Shown: one piece after another, positions 12,648 through 27,227 of the stretch
Position numbering within the stretch: the first letter of the stretch is position 1
Layout: every line of letters starts with the position of its first letter
Assembly (NCBI RefSeq): GCF_006345805.1
Contig: NC_043007.1
Coordinates: 28,272,001 to 28,336,000, forward strand
Direction: 5' to 3'
Length of the DNA stretch: 64,000 nucleotides
Source of the DNA: Octopus sinensis
Lineage: Eukaryota
Program-made: the position numbers and the translations under genes
The notes under the pieces: model-generated
What the model was told of the DNA's origin: nothing
The model's database searches: none
What the model saw: only the letters and a program-made list of their open reading frames with translations

Positions 12648-13751
12648 TATCATCATCATTGTTTAATGTCCGTTTCCCATGCTAGCATGGGTTGGACAGT
12701 TTGACCAGGGTCTGGGAAGCCAGGGGGCTGCACCAGGCTCCAGTCTGATCTGGCAGTGTTTCTACAGCTGGATGCCCTTCCTAACGCCAACCACTCCATG
12801 AGTGTAGTGGATGCTTTTTACATGGCACCGGCACAGGTGGTAGGGGAGGCTGGCAACGGCCACGATTGGTTGGTGCTTTTTATGTGCCACCGGCACAGGT
12901 AACACAACTACAATTTCCATTTGATATTTATTTTGATGTTGATGTACTTGACTCAATAGGTCTCCTCAAGCACAGCAGGTCACCCTATGATCCAACGTAA
13001 GCACAGCAGGTTGTTCTGCAATCCAAGGTACTTTGGATGGGCTGGGGCTATGCAAAACTGATGCAGGAAACAGCCATGAACTCACATTATTTGTCAGGTC
13101 TTTGCAGTCACAGCATATCTCCAGAGATCTCGGTCTTTATTCATTGCCTCTGTGAGGCCCAACGTTCGATGGTCATGCTTGACCACCTCATCCCATGTCT
13201 TCCTGGGTCTACCGCTACCTCAGATACCTTCAATTGTTTGGGAGTGGCACTTCTTCACACATCTCTCCTCATCCATCCGTAGTATATGACCATACCAGCA
13301 CAAACGTCTCTCTTGCACACCACATCCGATGCTTCTTATGTCCAGCATTTCTCTCAGGGCGCTTACACTCTGTCGTGTGTGCACATTGACATTACACATC
13401 CAGCGGATCGTGCTAGCTTCATTTCTTTCAAGCCTATGCATGTCCTCTGTAGTCACAGCCCAGTTTTCACTGCCATAAAGCATGGCAGTTTGCACACATG
13501 CATCATACAATCTACCTTTCACACTGAGCAAGAGACCCTTTGTCACCAGTTGGGGTAGAAGCTTTCTAAACTTTGCCCAAGCTATTCGTATTCTATTGGT
13601 GACACTCTCTGAGCATCCACCTCCACTACTAACTTGGTCACCTAGGTAGCGGAAACTATCAACTACTTCTAGTTTGTCACCCTGGAGTATGATGGAATCT
13701 GTTTTCTGAGTATCTGTGGTATCTATTGCCCCTGTGCATCTGCTGCACACG
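12648..13751 (-). mobile_element. RTE-PHD LINE, 5'-truncated
   Basis: ORF 13220-13750 (RYLGDQV, WYGHILRM); (CAT)n tail. Confidence 0.9.
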
Positions 13752-13904
13752 AAAGGACAGAAATAACATAAATAAAAGACCTACATTAAAGCCAACAGAC
13801 TATAACTTTGTGAAATATCACAGAAAATTCTATATAATCGCGTAATCTTCTGTAAATAACACCCATACATCCTGCAAATATTGTATCATCTTAGAAAAAG
13901 AAAG

Positions 13905-16900
13905 AACATCATTATCATTTTTGTCATTTAACATCCGTTGTCCATGCTGGCATGACTTGGACAGTTTGACTAGGATTGGCAAGCTGGAAGGCTGCACCAG
14001 ATTCCAGTCTGATTTGATGTGATTTCTATGGCTAGATGCCCTTCCTAATGTTAACAACTCTGAGAGTGCAATGAGTAATTTTACATGCCACCAGTATGAG
14101 TGCCATTTGTGTAACACTGGTACCTGCCATGACTGCAATTTTGCTTGGCTTGATGGGTCTTCTTCTCAAGTATTACATAATGCTAAAGGTATCAGTCACT
14201 GCCTCTGTGAGGCCAAAAACTCAAAAGGCGCTCAGCCACTTAGCCTCTATGAGGCTCAATGCTTGAAAGGTGCTTTTTACGCACCACCAGCATAGGTACC
14301 AGTAATGAGACACCAGGATCAGCCACAACAATGATTTCACTTGGTTTGACAGGTCCTCTCAAGCACAGCACACCACCAAAGGCCTCAGTTACTAGTCATT
14401 GCCTCTGTGAGACTCAAAGTTTGAAGATCATGCTTCACCTCCTTGTTCCATGTTTTCCTGGGTCTACCTCTACCACAGGTTCCTTCCACAGTTAGAGACT
14501 GGCATTTCTTTACACAGCTGTCCTTGTCCAAGTGCTTCACCATACTAGTGCAGTTGTCTATCTTGCACACCACGTCTAACACCTCTCATCCCCAATTTTT
14601 CTCTCAAAATTTTTACACTCTGATGAACATGCACACTGTCATTGCACATCCAGTGAAGCATACTTGCTTCATTTCTTTCAAGCCTACGCATGTCCTCAGC
14701 TGTCACAGCCCATGTTTCACTGCCATGTAGCATAGCTGTTCACACACAGGCATCATACAATCTGCCTTTCACTCTGAAAGAGAGGCTCTTTGTTACCAGC
14801 AGATGTAGGAGCTCTCTGAACCTTGCCCAACCTAATCTTATTCTCACAGCTATGCTCTCGGAGTATCCACCTCCACCACTAACTTGGTCACCTAGAGAAC
14901 AGAAGCTATCTACTACCTCTAGCTTACTCCCATAGCAGTTGATGGAGACCATTACCTGTACATTTTCAGTGTTTATTGTACCTGTGCATCTTCCACATAC
15001 AAAAGCTATTTTCCCTATTAACCTTCCTCTGATATTGCTGCACCTTTTATGCATCCAAAGTTTACCCTGGGTGCATCTTATGGAGTTTTACCTATGCCTT
15101 TTCTGCAGATTGAGCAGGGCCATCTACCTGAAAGGATTTGTGATTTGTCTGCCTTCCTACTTTCTAAGGCTTTGGTTTTTGCTAGGTTAACTCTAAGCCA
15201 TTCAATTCTAGACTTTGCTTCCATACCTGAAACTTCTTCTCTAGTTCTAGTAGTGATTCAGTTATAAGAACAAGGTCATCAGCATTGAAGAGCTCCCAAG
15301 GACAGCCTGTCTTATTGCCTGGAGGACTATGATGAACAAGAGGGGGCTGAGGACTGATCTTTGGTGGACCCCCAATTGTACCCTGAATTCTTCGCTGTAC
15401 TCGTTGCTAACTCTCATCTGATTGGTAGTGTCCCTGTACATGGCTTGTACAGCTCTCCACAACCCAACCACTTGTCTATCCCTAGTTTCCATATTGACAA
15501 CCAGATAAGGGATTGGGGGACCTTGTCGAAGGCTTTCTTGAAGTCAACATAAGCTATGTATTTCTCTTGAAGCTACCTTACCAGAAATAAAACATCAGCT
15601 ACCTTACCAGAAACTAAACCCGAATTGCATCTCATCTAGACTGACTTTCTCTTTAATTAGTTGGGCTATGACTCTCTCCCTGTAACTTTCATCATGTGAT
15701 TCAACAATTTGATAACTTTGTAATTACACTTGTTAAACAGAGAAATTGAGGCGAATATAAAAATAGTTATTGTAGCCTAATTTTGAGGTGCTGATTTCAG
15801 ATCAAAACCAGTTTTCACTCATCACCTCTAGTTTTTGAGATATACATTACTGATTTTGTGACAATCCACGTAACCACATATATGATAAATTTTTATTTTG
15901 TTTTCCAGATTTTTGTGATACAGATGATACATCTCTACAATGGCTTCAAAACATCGAGGATGCATCAACAAGGTAAATTCATTCTCCGAAATACGAGGGG
16001 ATTTCACAACAGTTGCGCAACAATTACTTCCCTCCTGAGAACTTGCTACTTCCATTACTTTGACTGTAAAATTGAAGATCAGGACAAATCTTGGACCCCA
16101 CACATCTGTTGTAAACTCTGCTACAATGGACTGACTGCAGGGCAAGAAAGCAACCTTCAACTTTGCTGTCCCGGTGGACTGGAGAGAGCTACAAAACCAT
16201 GCAGATGTAAGAGGTTTCATTGCTTCTTCTTGAAAAACAATTCAAATATTCCAACCTTTTCTCAGCTATGAAACCTGTTCCCTACTCAGATTATCTTCCT
16301 GTCCCTACACCCCCACCAAATAAGGACCTTTTTCTTTCATCAGATGAAGAAATGCCTTCAGAGGGAGATCCTGCCAAGTTGATCTCTTCTGAAGACAACA
16401 TTTCTGTTGTTTATTCAGGAGACACTGGACCACACAGGAAGACCAGAATGACCTTGCCCATGATTTGTATCTATCTAAGCAGCAGTCAGAGCTCCTGGCA
16501 TCCCAGCTTAAGCAGTGGAACGTGGTCAAGGCAGATGTAAGGATCAGCAGTTTCAGGACATGGAACGAGGACTTTGCTTCATTCTTAGACATGGGAAACA
16601 GGTTGTGCTGCTGCACAAATGTCCCTGGTTTGTTTAGCTTTCTTGGTTTCCCACACAATCCCTCAGACCGGCATCTTTTCATAGACTCTTCCGAGCAAAG
16701 TTTGAAGGCTGTGCTCCTGCACAATGGGAATAAATACCCCAACATTTCCATTGCCTTCTGAGTCCATCTGAAAGAGTTGTATGACAATATGGTACTCCTT
16801 TTGGAAGCTGTCAAATATAACCGGTACCAGTGGAGTCTCTGCGGGGCTTCAAGGTCATTGAGCTCCTTATGGGTATGCAAGCAGGCTTCACAAAGTACTG

Positions 16901-18820
16901 TTGCTTTCTTTGTCTCTGGGACACTACAAGCAGGACTGGGGATCTAGGAGCACTTTCATGCCTGGTGAACACAGTGTCCAAGAAAATTATCTGGTGGACA
17001 TAAACAAGGTGCTTCTTTCTCCTCTTCATATCAAGCTTGGTTTAATGAAGAATTTCATGAAAGTCATGGATAAAAGTGGTGCTACCTTCCAACGCTTGTG
17101 CACTCTGTTCCCACTTCAAGTTCTGCTAAGCTCAAGGAGGACATCTTCATTGGACAAGGACTTTGCAGAGCTTCTTACCTTAAAAGAACTGAATGCATGA
17201 GAAGCATTAAAGTCAATCTGCCATGGCTTCCTTGGTAACACATGGGTACTAGATTACCAAGAGTGTATTGAGAAGTTGTTACAGTCTTATGAAGATATGA
17301 GATGTCGAATGTCACTGAAAATTCACTTTTTCCACTTCAACCTCTTCCCTCCAAAGCTCAGAGCAGTGAGTGATGAGAATGAAGAAAGGTTCCACCAATA
17401 TATTACTAAGATGGAGAGCAACTACCAAAGCAAGTGGAACCCCAGCATGATGGGGGACTTTTGAGGCAAAGCACACAAGATCATTAAAAAAACTCACTTC
17501 TGTCTGCTGTACTATGATTTGTGTGTATTGTATTAATGTCCATCAATGTCCTGTATCTATGCTGTATTTTTTCTGTAATATGCCTTTGTAACAGATGAAA
17601 TAAACACATATTTTGAATTTATATAAGGTATAATTAAAATGGGATATGGGAAAACAAAACAAAAACAAAAACAGAGGTGATAGAGCAAAACTGTTCAGAA
17701 AATCAAATTCACCACATCAAAATTAGTAAAAAGCACTGATTTACATCCTTGCCTCAGAGCAAAAATAATTTTTGTAAATCAATGTTATTTCTATCCAAGG
17801 CATCACCTTTACCTTTGTACCAGTTGACTATGGTGCTGCTACACCAGTCATTGGGTATGACTCCTTCATGAACCACTTGATTTATAAAACGAATGACTAG
17901 ACCATAACCCACACCACCAGATATTTTAAGCATCTCAGTGGTGATTCCTGATGGGCTGAGGAATTTCCCTATCTTCATATCCTTAATTGCTTTATCTACC
18001 AAGGTACTGTCGATTCGGGTAGCTGGTCCCTAAACTGGGTCAACATATGGCAGACTCTGCTCCTCCCATTCATTCTCCATGTTCAGCAGTCTTTCATAAT
18101 GGCATTTCCAAGCCTCTTTCTTTGTAGAATTATTAAATGCAAGTGCACCATCATCCATGCTGTCACATTTCTCTCCCATAACATCACAATTTTCTCTTAC
18201 ACACTGTCTTACAATCTGAAACACTTCAGTTCTTTGGTCCTCACGTCACTAAACATAGGCAAACTTCTTTTCTGCTTCTCCCTTGGCTAGGTATACTCGT
18301 CTCTAAGCTTCCCTTCTGGTTATTTAATATAGTTCCCCGCTACCCCTACTCTTCCAGGCCTTCCAGCCTGTTTCTTTATTCTAATGGCCCTGTCTACAAC
18401 ATTGTTCCAACATCACATTGCCCTAGGTCTTAATGGGACTCTGCACCATCTGCAGATTTGGTCTATGGCACTCAGTAGAGCTGTTCCACAGGAATTCCCA
18501 GTTGCCCTCTGTGTCACAAGTGTGTAGCTCCTCTTCCCTTTCTAACCATATGAATGGTCCTTAAGCTTCAAAATCCTTCTTTTCTAGATTAGTCTGCTTC
18601 TTGGCATCCTTCTGGCCTGGAGTCTGAAGTCACTGGGGGGGTACATTTTTCACCAAGGAGGGTCTTAACATTTAAGAGCAACCATGCATCCCACTGTCTG
18701 GTGAGAATCTAATTGATCTGGCTAACACAGTCACCTGACTGGTAGGTTATCAAGTGAATGGTAGATTATCAGGTGGCTGGTTGGTGTTGCAGATCAATAG
18801 GTTATTTACATCACAGAACA
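13905..18820 (-). mobile_element. RTE-PHD LINE interrupted by a Chapaev3-like transposon
   Basis: RT fragments at 14385-15720 and 17788-18800 rejoin at DRNNY. Confidence 0.9.
15727..17784 (+). mobile_element. Chapaev3-like (CMC superfamily) DNA transposon, decayed transposase
   Basis: 3-bp TTA TSD (15724-15726, 17785-17787); CACT../..AATG ends; motifs LFIDSS.SLKAVLLHNGN, GMQAGFTKYCCFLCLWD, PLHIKLGLMKNF, SLKIHF..SDE.EERFHQ. Confidence 0.85.
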
Positions 18821-19124
18821 TTGGATAATGGGATGCTAACTATTTAAACAAGTCTGACTGGAAAGTTAAACAACAATTACTCTTCTACTCTTATGTAAAT
18901 TGGTGTTGTGCTCATACCTGACTACTTACTATTCTCTTTTTTTACTTCTCTTCTAACATGGTCACAGTTTTTTCAGAAGAAAAAGTTTGTGGGTTCAGCA
19001 TCAGATAATGTATGATATATGTGACTCTGACATGACAATACACCTAAAGGCATTTGTTTGCCATATGTTGCTTCTATTTCACATTTAGAGCCATTCGTAG
19101 CATCCTTGGGTAGCAGCCATTTAG

Positions 19125-22100
19125 CATCATCATTATCATCATTTAACATCCACTTTCCATGCTGGCATGGGTTAGATGGCTTGGCTGAAAACTGGTAAGC
19201 CAGAGAGCTGTGTCAGGTTCCAATCTGATTTGGCAAGGTTTCTACAGCTGGATAAGCTTCCTAACAACAACCTCTCAAAGAGTGTAGTGGGTGCTCTTAA
19301 CATTCCACCAGCATGGGTGCCACTGATGTGACACTGGCATCGGCCATGACTACAATCTCACTTGGCTTGACAGATCAATACAAGCATGGTATACTACCAA
19401 AGGTATTAGTCAACTGTCACTGGCTCCATGAAGCCAAATGCTCGAACATTGCATTTTATGAGCCACTGGCACAGGTGCCAGTCAGACACCACTGGCATTG
19501 GCCACAACTACAATTTCACTTGGCTTGACAGATCTTCTCAAGCACAGTTTAACACCCAACTTTTGAAGGGTGCTTTATATGTGCCAGTTACACAACACTG
19601 GCATCAGCCACAACTACAATTTCACTTGGCTTCTCAAGCACAGCATATCACCAAAGATCTTGGTCACTTGTCATTGTCTCCATGAGGCCCAATATTTGAA
19701 GAACATGCTTCAACAGCTTGTCTACCTCTTCCACAGGTTCCCTCCACTGTTAGAATGTGGCACTTCATCACACAGCTGTCCTCCTTCATATGCATTACAT
19801 GACCATACACATAGTTGTCTCTCTTGCACACCATGTATAACACCTCTTATCCTCAATTTTTCTCTCGGACACTTACACTCTGTTGTGCATGCACACTGAC
19901 ATTACACATCCAGCAGAACATACTAGCTTCATTCCTTACTAGCCTGTGCATGTTCTTGGCCACCACAGCTTATGTTTCACTGCTGTGTAGCAGGGCTGTT
20001 TACATGCTGGCATCATACCTTTTACTCTGAGAGAGAGACCATTTGTTACCAGCAGAGATAGGAGCTCTCTTAGCTTTGCCCAACTAATTCTTATTACAGC
20101 AGCTATGCTCTTGGAGCATCCACCCCCCACTACTAAGTTGGTCACCTAGGTAACAGAAGCTATTGATTACTTCTAGTTTTCCCCTCTGCCGTGTTATAGG
20201 ATCTATTTTCTGTACATTTTTAGTGTTAATTGTACTTGTGCACCTTTCACACATAAAAACTATCTTCCCTGTTAACCTTCCTCTGATATTGCTGCACCAT
20301 TTATGTGTCCATAGCTTACACTGGGTACATCTTATGGAGTTTCTACCTACGCCTTTTTACAGACTGAGCAGGGCCATCTCCCCGAAAGGATTTGTGATTT
20401 GTCTGCCTTCCTACTTACTAAGACTTCGGTTTTTGCTAGGTTAACTCTAAGGCCCTTTGATTCTAGACCTTGTTTCCATACCTAGAACTTCTTCTCTAGT
20501 TCTGGTAGTGATTCAGTTATAAGAACAAGGTCATCAGCATAGAGGAGCTCCCAGGGGCAGCTTGCCTTATTGCTTGGAGGACTATGATGAACAAGAGGGG
20601 GCTGAGGACTGACCTTTGGTGAACCCCTACTTGTACCCTGAATTCTTTGCTATACTCATTGTCAACCCTCACCTTACTGACAGTATGCCTGTACATGGCT
20701 TGTACAGCTCACACCAACCACCCATCTAGCCCTAGTTCCTGCATTGACCACAATATAATGGAGCAGAAGACCCTATCAAGGGCTTTTTCCAAGCCAACAA
20801 AAGTCAAGTATCGAGGTTTATCTTTGGCTAGGTATTTCTCCTGCAGCTGCCTTACCAGAAATATAGCATTGGTGGTGCTTCTCCCTGGCACAAAACCAAA
20901 CTGCATCTCATCTTGACTAACTCTCTCCCTAATTAGTTGGGCTATGACCTTCTCAATGATTTTCATCACCTGATCCAACAATTTGATACCTTTGCAATAA
21001 TTTCTATCCAAGGCATCACCTTTACCTTTGTACCAGTTGACTATGGTGCTGCTACACCAGTCATTGTGTATGACACTTTGTAAACCACTTGGTTAACTAT
21101 ACAGATGACTAGACCATAACCCACATTGCCAGATATTTTAAGCATCTCACTAGTGATTCCTAATGGGTCATATCCTTAATTGTTTTATCTACCAAGGTAC
21201 TGTCGATTCAGATAGCTGGTCCCTCAGTTGGGTCAACATTTGACAGACTCTCCTCCTCTCATTCATTCGCTTTATTTAGTAGCCTTTCATAGTGGCATTT
21301 CCAAGCCTCTTTCTTTACAGTATCATTAAATGCAAGTGAACTGTCATCCCTGCAGACTCAGTTCTCTCATATGACATCGCAATTTTCTCTCATACACTGT
21401 CTTGCAATCTGGAACACTTTAAGTTTCTGGTCCTCACAGCACAGAACATTAGCAAACTTCTTTACTGCTTCCCCTCTGGCTAAGTATACCTGTCTCCTTG
21501 CTTCCCTTCTGGCTATCTAATATAGTTCCCTACTACCACCAGACTGCCAGTCCTTCCAAGCCTGTTTCCTTTTTCTAATGGCCCTGTCAACTACATTGTT
21601 CCACCACCATGTCACCTTCAGTTGAGAGGAGACTTTGCACCAGCCACATATCCCTCAACAAGTTGTTCCAAAGGAACCTCCAGTTGTCCTCAACATTATA
21701 TGTCACTATATCCTTCTCTTTTTTGTCAAATGCTTTAAGTAATATGTCTCTGAATCTCTGTCCATTCAGAGGATCTTTAAGCTTCCAGACCCTTCTTTTC
21801 TACACTGGTTGTCTTCTGGGCAGCCATTTAGTCCTGATCTTGAAATCGCTGGCAACTAACCTATGCTGGGGAGGGCATGCATTCTTCACCTGAGAAAGCT
21901 TTGGCCTTTATAAGCAGCCATCATTCCCCATTTCCTGGTGAGAATGTGGTCAATTTAACTAGTGTGCCCACTGGACTGGTAGGTTTCCTCAAGTCAGTTT
22001 TGCATATCATAAGGTCTTTGCATCACAAAACTCCAGCAGCTTGGTTCCCTCCTCATAGCAGGAACCAAATCCGTTGCCACCATGCACACCATGGTAACTA

Positions 22101-22830
22101 CCAGAATGTTGTCCAACATTCCCATTGAAGTCACCAGCCATAAAGAGAAGGTCCCTGTCATTCATCGATGAGGTAGTCTGCAAGGGAGTGTCATAAAACC
22201 AGTCTTGCTGTTCATCAGGTAGACCTGGTTGAGGGGCATAGGCAGAGATAATGGTTGCTGTTCCATGTTACAGCACCATTCTAAGCTTAAGTATTCTATC
22301 ACAAACTCTGACTACCTCAATTATCTTATCGACCCACTTCTCCACAAGGAGTTTGCCCACACCCCAAACTCTATCACTTTTCCCCTCTCAGTAAATCTTA
22401 TACCTATGCTCTTTGCCTCTCCACATTATTTCTTGGATGCAGCTAAATCTACAGGTCTCTGCTCAAGCATCTCAACAATCTCACCAGACCTACCTTTCAA
22501 TGTACTCACATTAAGTATGCGAACTCTAAAGGTGTGGAGGGGAGGCGCTGGGGAGACACAGGGATTGGGGACATAATTTTGCATCTGAAAAGAAAGCACA
22601 CATGTACATTTTTGTTACATTTACTAAGAGATAGTCACTAGATATGGATGGAAACAGGAGAGAGGGTACCATATAGGTAAGCATTAGAGGTGCTAGGAGA
22701 AAAACTTCTGGTAGAGGTTAGATGAGGAAGATTTCCAGTGCAGGTGGTGGGGGGAGGGTGCACTGAAAACAACGAAACACCTTGGCTGCCTCATTCCCTA
22801 GCAATGTGAAGTGTCCACAAACAAAGCAAA
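19125..22830 (-). mobile_element. Near-full-length decayed RTE-PHD LINE
   Basis: EN start LNVSTLKGRSGEIVEML near 22520, QFGFVPGRSTT, LYADDL, Cys-rich insert, tail. Confidence 0.9.
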
Positions 22831-23519
22831 AGCTGCTAATTAACATTCAACATGGGAAAGCAAAGATACAGACATAATATGAGTGAGTGAAAATGTAGTA
22901 GGCAACAAAGCGAATATATATAGACATCAAGAGAGAGGGGGGGAGAGAGAAAGAGAGATATGAAATTTTCAAGAATTAGGGCTACAGTAGAGGAAACAAT
23001 AGAACATTTGGATAAGAGAGTGGGTAACAAAACAAATGAAGAGATTAAAATTAACAAGATTTATGGCTACAGTAAACAAAATCGAACATTTGGGTTTCTT
23101 AACTTTGCTATAATATACAGTATAGGATAGACAAAGTTTTATAGATAAAATGGGTGAATAAATACTAATAATAATAATAATAATAATAATAATACGAGTG
23201 CTATAAACTGAAACAGAACTGAACATTTGGATTTCTTTACTATAACATATCACATGAAATAGACAAAGCTTTATAGGTAAATAGATAAATAAATGAATAA
23301 TAATAATAATAATAATAAGAGCACTGAAAAGTATGCTAGGTTGGACAAACAAAAGTTATCTGAACATTTTTCTTTGTAATGTTCACTTCATGAGGTATCA
23401 CAAATATGAGGTAGAGGAACTTAAGGGCGTTAATTTATAGGGTGCAGCAGTGATACCCTTGTGACCAACCCAAAATGGCTGAGATGCCCTATTCCCTAGA
23501 TAAGGCAAAGTAAAACACA

Positions 23520-24000
23520 CAGCAGCTTCACTGTCATATAATAGCACTGATTCAACAGTTGCAATGAACAGCTGGATTTTGATTTGCCTGCGTAATTTAG
23601 AGTGGCAGACCTTCTTTAGTTTGTGACATGCTGTCCATGCTTGAGCCTTCCTGATCTTGATGTCTGCTTCTGAACTGCTCACCCAAACACCTAAGTACTT
23701 TATGGAGACGTGCCAATCGATAGTGAGAAGATCAGGCAAAGAGGACCGTAACTATCTGGTCACTATATGGAAGCATCCAAATTAGTCTTGTGGAATCCAC
23801 TTTATGGTGATGTAAAAAGAGGAAAATGCCACAATTACAGTGACAACTTGATCACAGACACTGGCATGGAATGTATCCAAGACCTTCATGTTGCACTGAA
23901 AAGTGTGATGAGTGGACTTTGTTACTGTGGCCCAGGTTGGAACCCAGTTATCGTCGTCGTCATCGCCACCACCATCGTCGTCAGCATAGTAGTAGTAGTA
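23520..24000. mobile_element. LINE RT 3' fragment with inverted 5' part
   Basis: Minus-strand KYLG..VESVLLY (23520-23702) abuts plus-strand SEKIRQR..LSGH..LVLWNP..KRGK (23703-23930). Confidence 0.65.
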
Positions 24001-24004
24001 ATAA

Positions 24005-24497
24005 ATACCCTGATGCAGAACCACACAGTGGCTCTCATGGCTTCTGATCTTAACTGATTGGAAGTGTTATCATGTACATTGTTTTGTGTTGGTATAAAAG
24101 ATGGGCTACAGCAAATATTCTGCTCAATACCACAGATTTGCTTGTCAGTTGTTTGACCATAATCACTTGAGAATGTCTCTTGGCGGCTGACGATATGTGC
24201 ATCTCTGATCATGAGCAGAAGTAGTGGGGGAGCATCATAGCCATGTGTGGAGAGGAATTCTTTGGGGTTTGAATAATTTACCTCTGGAAACATGGGTGTT
24301 TCGTTCAACATCCTTAAACAATCCTTATTCAAGGACCTTTTGAGCAGGATGGGCTACTCGACCTGAAGAAAATTCTAACTGGTTGTGATGCATGTGCCTG
24401 GTGCACCCTTATCAGACGGGTATATGATGGGTATACTGGGCTTCATATATTTTACCCCAGTGTCACTTTGATGGCATGCGCTGTTCTCTCACTCAAT
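24005..24497 (-). repeat. ~490-bp non-autonomous repeat in TAA-rich flanks
   Basis: Homologous to 3047-3345; bounded by (TAG/TAA)n and (TAA)n. Confidence 0.7.
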
Positions 24498-24500
24498 AAT

Positions 24501-24535
<35 letters not shown>

Positions 24536-24551
24536 TACTTATAATAATGCA

Positions 24552-25192
24552 ATCATCATCATCATCATCATTTAATGTCCATTGTCCATGCTGGCAGGGG
24601 TTGGACAGTTTGACCAGAGCTGTAAAGTTATGGGGCTGCACCAGACTCCAGTCTGATTTGGCATGATTTCTATGGCTGGATGCCCTTCCTAACACCAACC
24701 ACTCTGAGAGTGTAATGGGTGCTTTTATGTACCACCAGCACGGGTACCAGCTGTGACACCAGTATCTGCCACAACTATGATTTCACTTGGCTTGATGGGT
24801 CTTATCAAGCACAGTATATTGACAAAGGTCTGGGTCATTTGTCATTGCATCCGTGAGGCCCAACACTTGAAAGGTGCTTTTTACATGCCACCAGCATGGG
24901 TGTCAGCTACATGATAGCAACAACAGCCATAACTATGATTTCACTTGGCGTGACAAATCTTCTTAAGCATGACTTATTACCAAAGGTCTCAGTCACTAGT
25001 CATTGCCTCCATGATGCCCAACATTCGAAGATCTTGCTTAACCACCTCATCTCATGTCTTTCTGAGTCTCTCTCTTCCATAGCTTCCTTCCACTAATAGA
25101 GATCAGCACTTCCTCACATAGCTGTCCACAGCCTATGCATCACCTGACCATACCAGTGCTGTTGTCTCTCTTGCACACTACATCTGATGCCT
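24552..25192 (-). mobile_element. RTE 3' fragment
   Basis: (CAT)n tail and C-terminal RT homology. Confidence 0.85.
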
Positions 25193-25644
25193 AGCCCAAT
25201 TAAACTAATAACTATTTTTATAATCATAAAGCTTTCTGTTTAATGTTTTAATTCTTCAATTGAACTATACAAATACTAATATAGAGTAATACTAACTTGA
25301 TTATAGAAGTGAACCTTGATTTTGTCCCCCAATCTTTTTTTGTCAATGCACAATAGATCGATATGATCATAAAAACCATATTTGATGCAAGAAGATGAGA
25401 AAGAAAATGAGAAAAAGGAAGTGGGTTGCCGTCTCTGTTGCTACCAGTCCCTGAACTTGTTAAGAAGTGAGAGTCTAAAACTCACAGCAAATACATGTAA
25501 GAACTAGTTTCACTCTCCAGCTGAAGTCAGTTCACTGTTTTTGATACAAATATATAAAAATAAATGTTACCACATCTGTCTCATACAAATATATGATGTG
25601 AAATCAATTCTAGTTTAACAAAACAACAAAAAATTTGTATTTAC

Positions 25645-25750
25645 CAATTTCCTTTGCTCGTATACTCTCATTCACATTATTGGCAACATTCTTCATGCAA
25701 AAGTGGGCTTGGTCCAGTTCTCTGAAGTCAATATGATTCTCTTCAGTAAC
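25645..25750 (-). CDS. RhoGEF coding exon 5
   Basis: tag/gtaaat-bounded, 106 nt; VTEENHIDFRELDQAHFCMKNVANNVNESIRAKEI(V), the DH C-terminal helix with the NE motif. Confidence 0.92.
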
Positions 25751-26514
25751 CTAAAAACAAGGTTCTTTTGATAAGATAATCCACACAGTTCATATATGCT
25801 AAGAAAAGACAACAGTAGCATAAAATATAGAAAAGAATTATAGCACACCAGGAAAGAAATAAGATAGGTCACTTAATATTAACATGATGCATGGCACGTT
25901 AGTGTGACATTTAAAAAAATTATAACTGGCTGTTATATAACATGGGAAATGGTAATACAATGCAGTAGTACAATACATTGGATGACAGATAATTTCAAAC
26001 ATTGAAAAACAAAGATTTAATACTTCAGAAAGTTGTACATAAGACCTAATCTACAACTGAAGATTCTCATGACTCACCTTTTGATCAGGGCATGTCAGCT
26101 ACATGAATTAAACAAAAATACTAAAACAAATTTTCTTTAGAAAATTAATGAATGGCAAGTGTAATCACCAGATATCTAAATAAAATATTCTAAGACAAAG
26201 CAAGGCCAACATCAAGTGGGTAGGCCTTGAACTGTTTTTTTTTTTAAACTTTTAAAAAGCTACTGAGGATAGGGCCAATTAGTTTACTTATTCAGAAAAA
26301 AATGGTAGTGAACATTTAGGATAACTGCTGTTGCACATTTAGTCAATATAATACATCTGTCCAAACTTTGTCGACTGATATTCTATTTAGTGAAATTCCA
26401 GTTGGGGTTCACACCCTCTATGCTGAAACTTCAATATCTTATCTATTCAACAATGTCACAGTACAGAATAAATATATGAAATTAAGTGTTGCCAATAGTA
26501 AAATTAAGGCTCAC

Positions 26515-26664
26515 CTCTAGCAGAGATTCAAGTAATAAATGATATTTAGTGATTCTTTGTACAGGCTTTGTTAGCAAGGAATTTAGAGCAATTATTTGAT
26601 TTGTGTTCTGGTAATGATCGGTTAACTGCTTGATTTTGTCCAAAATCAGAGGATGCTGTGCTAC
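26515..26664 (-). CDS. RhoGEF coding exon 4
   Basis: tag/gtgagc-bounded, 150 nt; VAQHPLILDKIKQLTDHYQNTNQIIALNSLLTKPVQRITKYHLLLESLLE, with the DH CR3 motif PVQRITKYxLLL. Confidence 0.95.
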
Positions 26665-27135
26665 CTAAAGAGAAAAACAAATTTCAATTAAACCACAATT
26701 TGTACCATGGTGTTAATTTCTCCCCAATTTATGGTGTCCGTTCGTGCAATATTTATTCTAAATTCAAGTTTCTGACACTGAAACTGCTTCATTATGTGCA
26801 ACCACCACTGTGCCACCAACCAGGATACAAACTTATTTTGGCCACTACCACCAACATCAATAACAACTTAAAAGAGAGATCATCATAGTATTAGTAGGCA
26901 TCAAGTGAGTATTAATAGGAGAGAAGCAGTTTGAGTCGGTTGGTGGAGTGAAGATTATTGCTGGAAATGGAGTAGAGCTGAGTGAAGTGGTAGAGCTGTT
27001 GCTAGCAATAAAACAAGGAAAAATTCAAAGGATTAAGAAAAAAAATAATAGAATTATCGAGCTAAATGTTTTGACACAGGATACATCTTAAAATAATCAT
27101 TCAAATTATACAGTTGTATCGTCCAAGAGACTTAC

Positions 27136-27227
27136 CTCACTTTCATATTCCAGGGCAGAAGCGATGTTGACACAATAATAAGAATATACACTTTCTAAAT
27201 CCTTTGACACTTCCAGGAAACACTGAC
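27136..27227 (-). CDS. RhoGEF coding exon 3
   Basis: cag/gtaagt-bounded, 92 nt; (G)QCFLEVSKDLESVYSYYCVNIASALEYESE, with the DH YxxYCxN motif. Confidence 0.9.

Noticed and set aside
26910-27001. Possible extra RhoGEF exon after a polypyrimidine tract and AG
   Set aside because: In-frame stop in phase 0, and the flanking exons already join into a complete DH domain.
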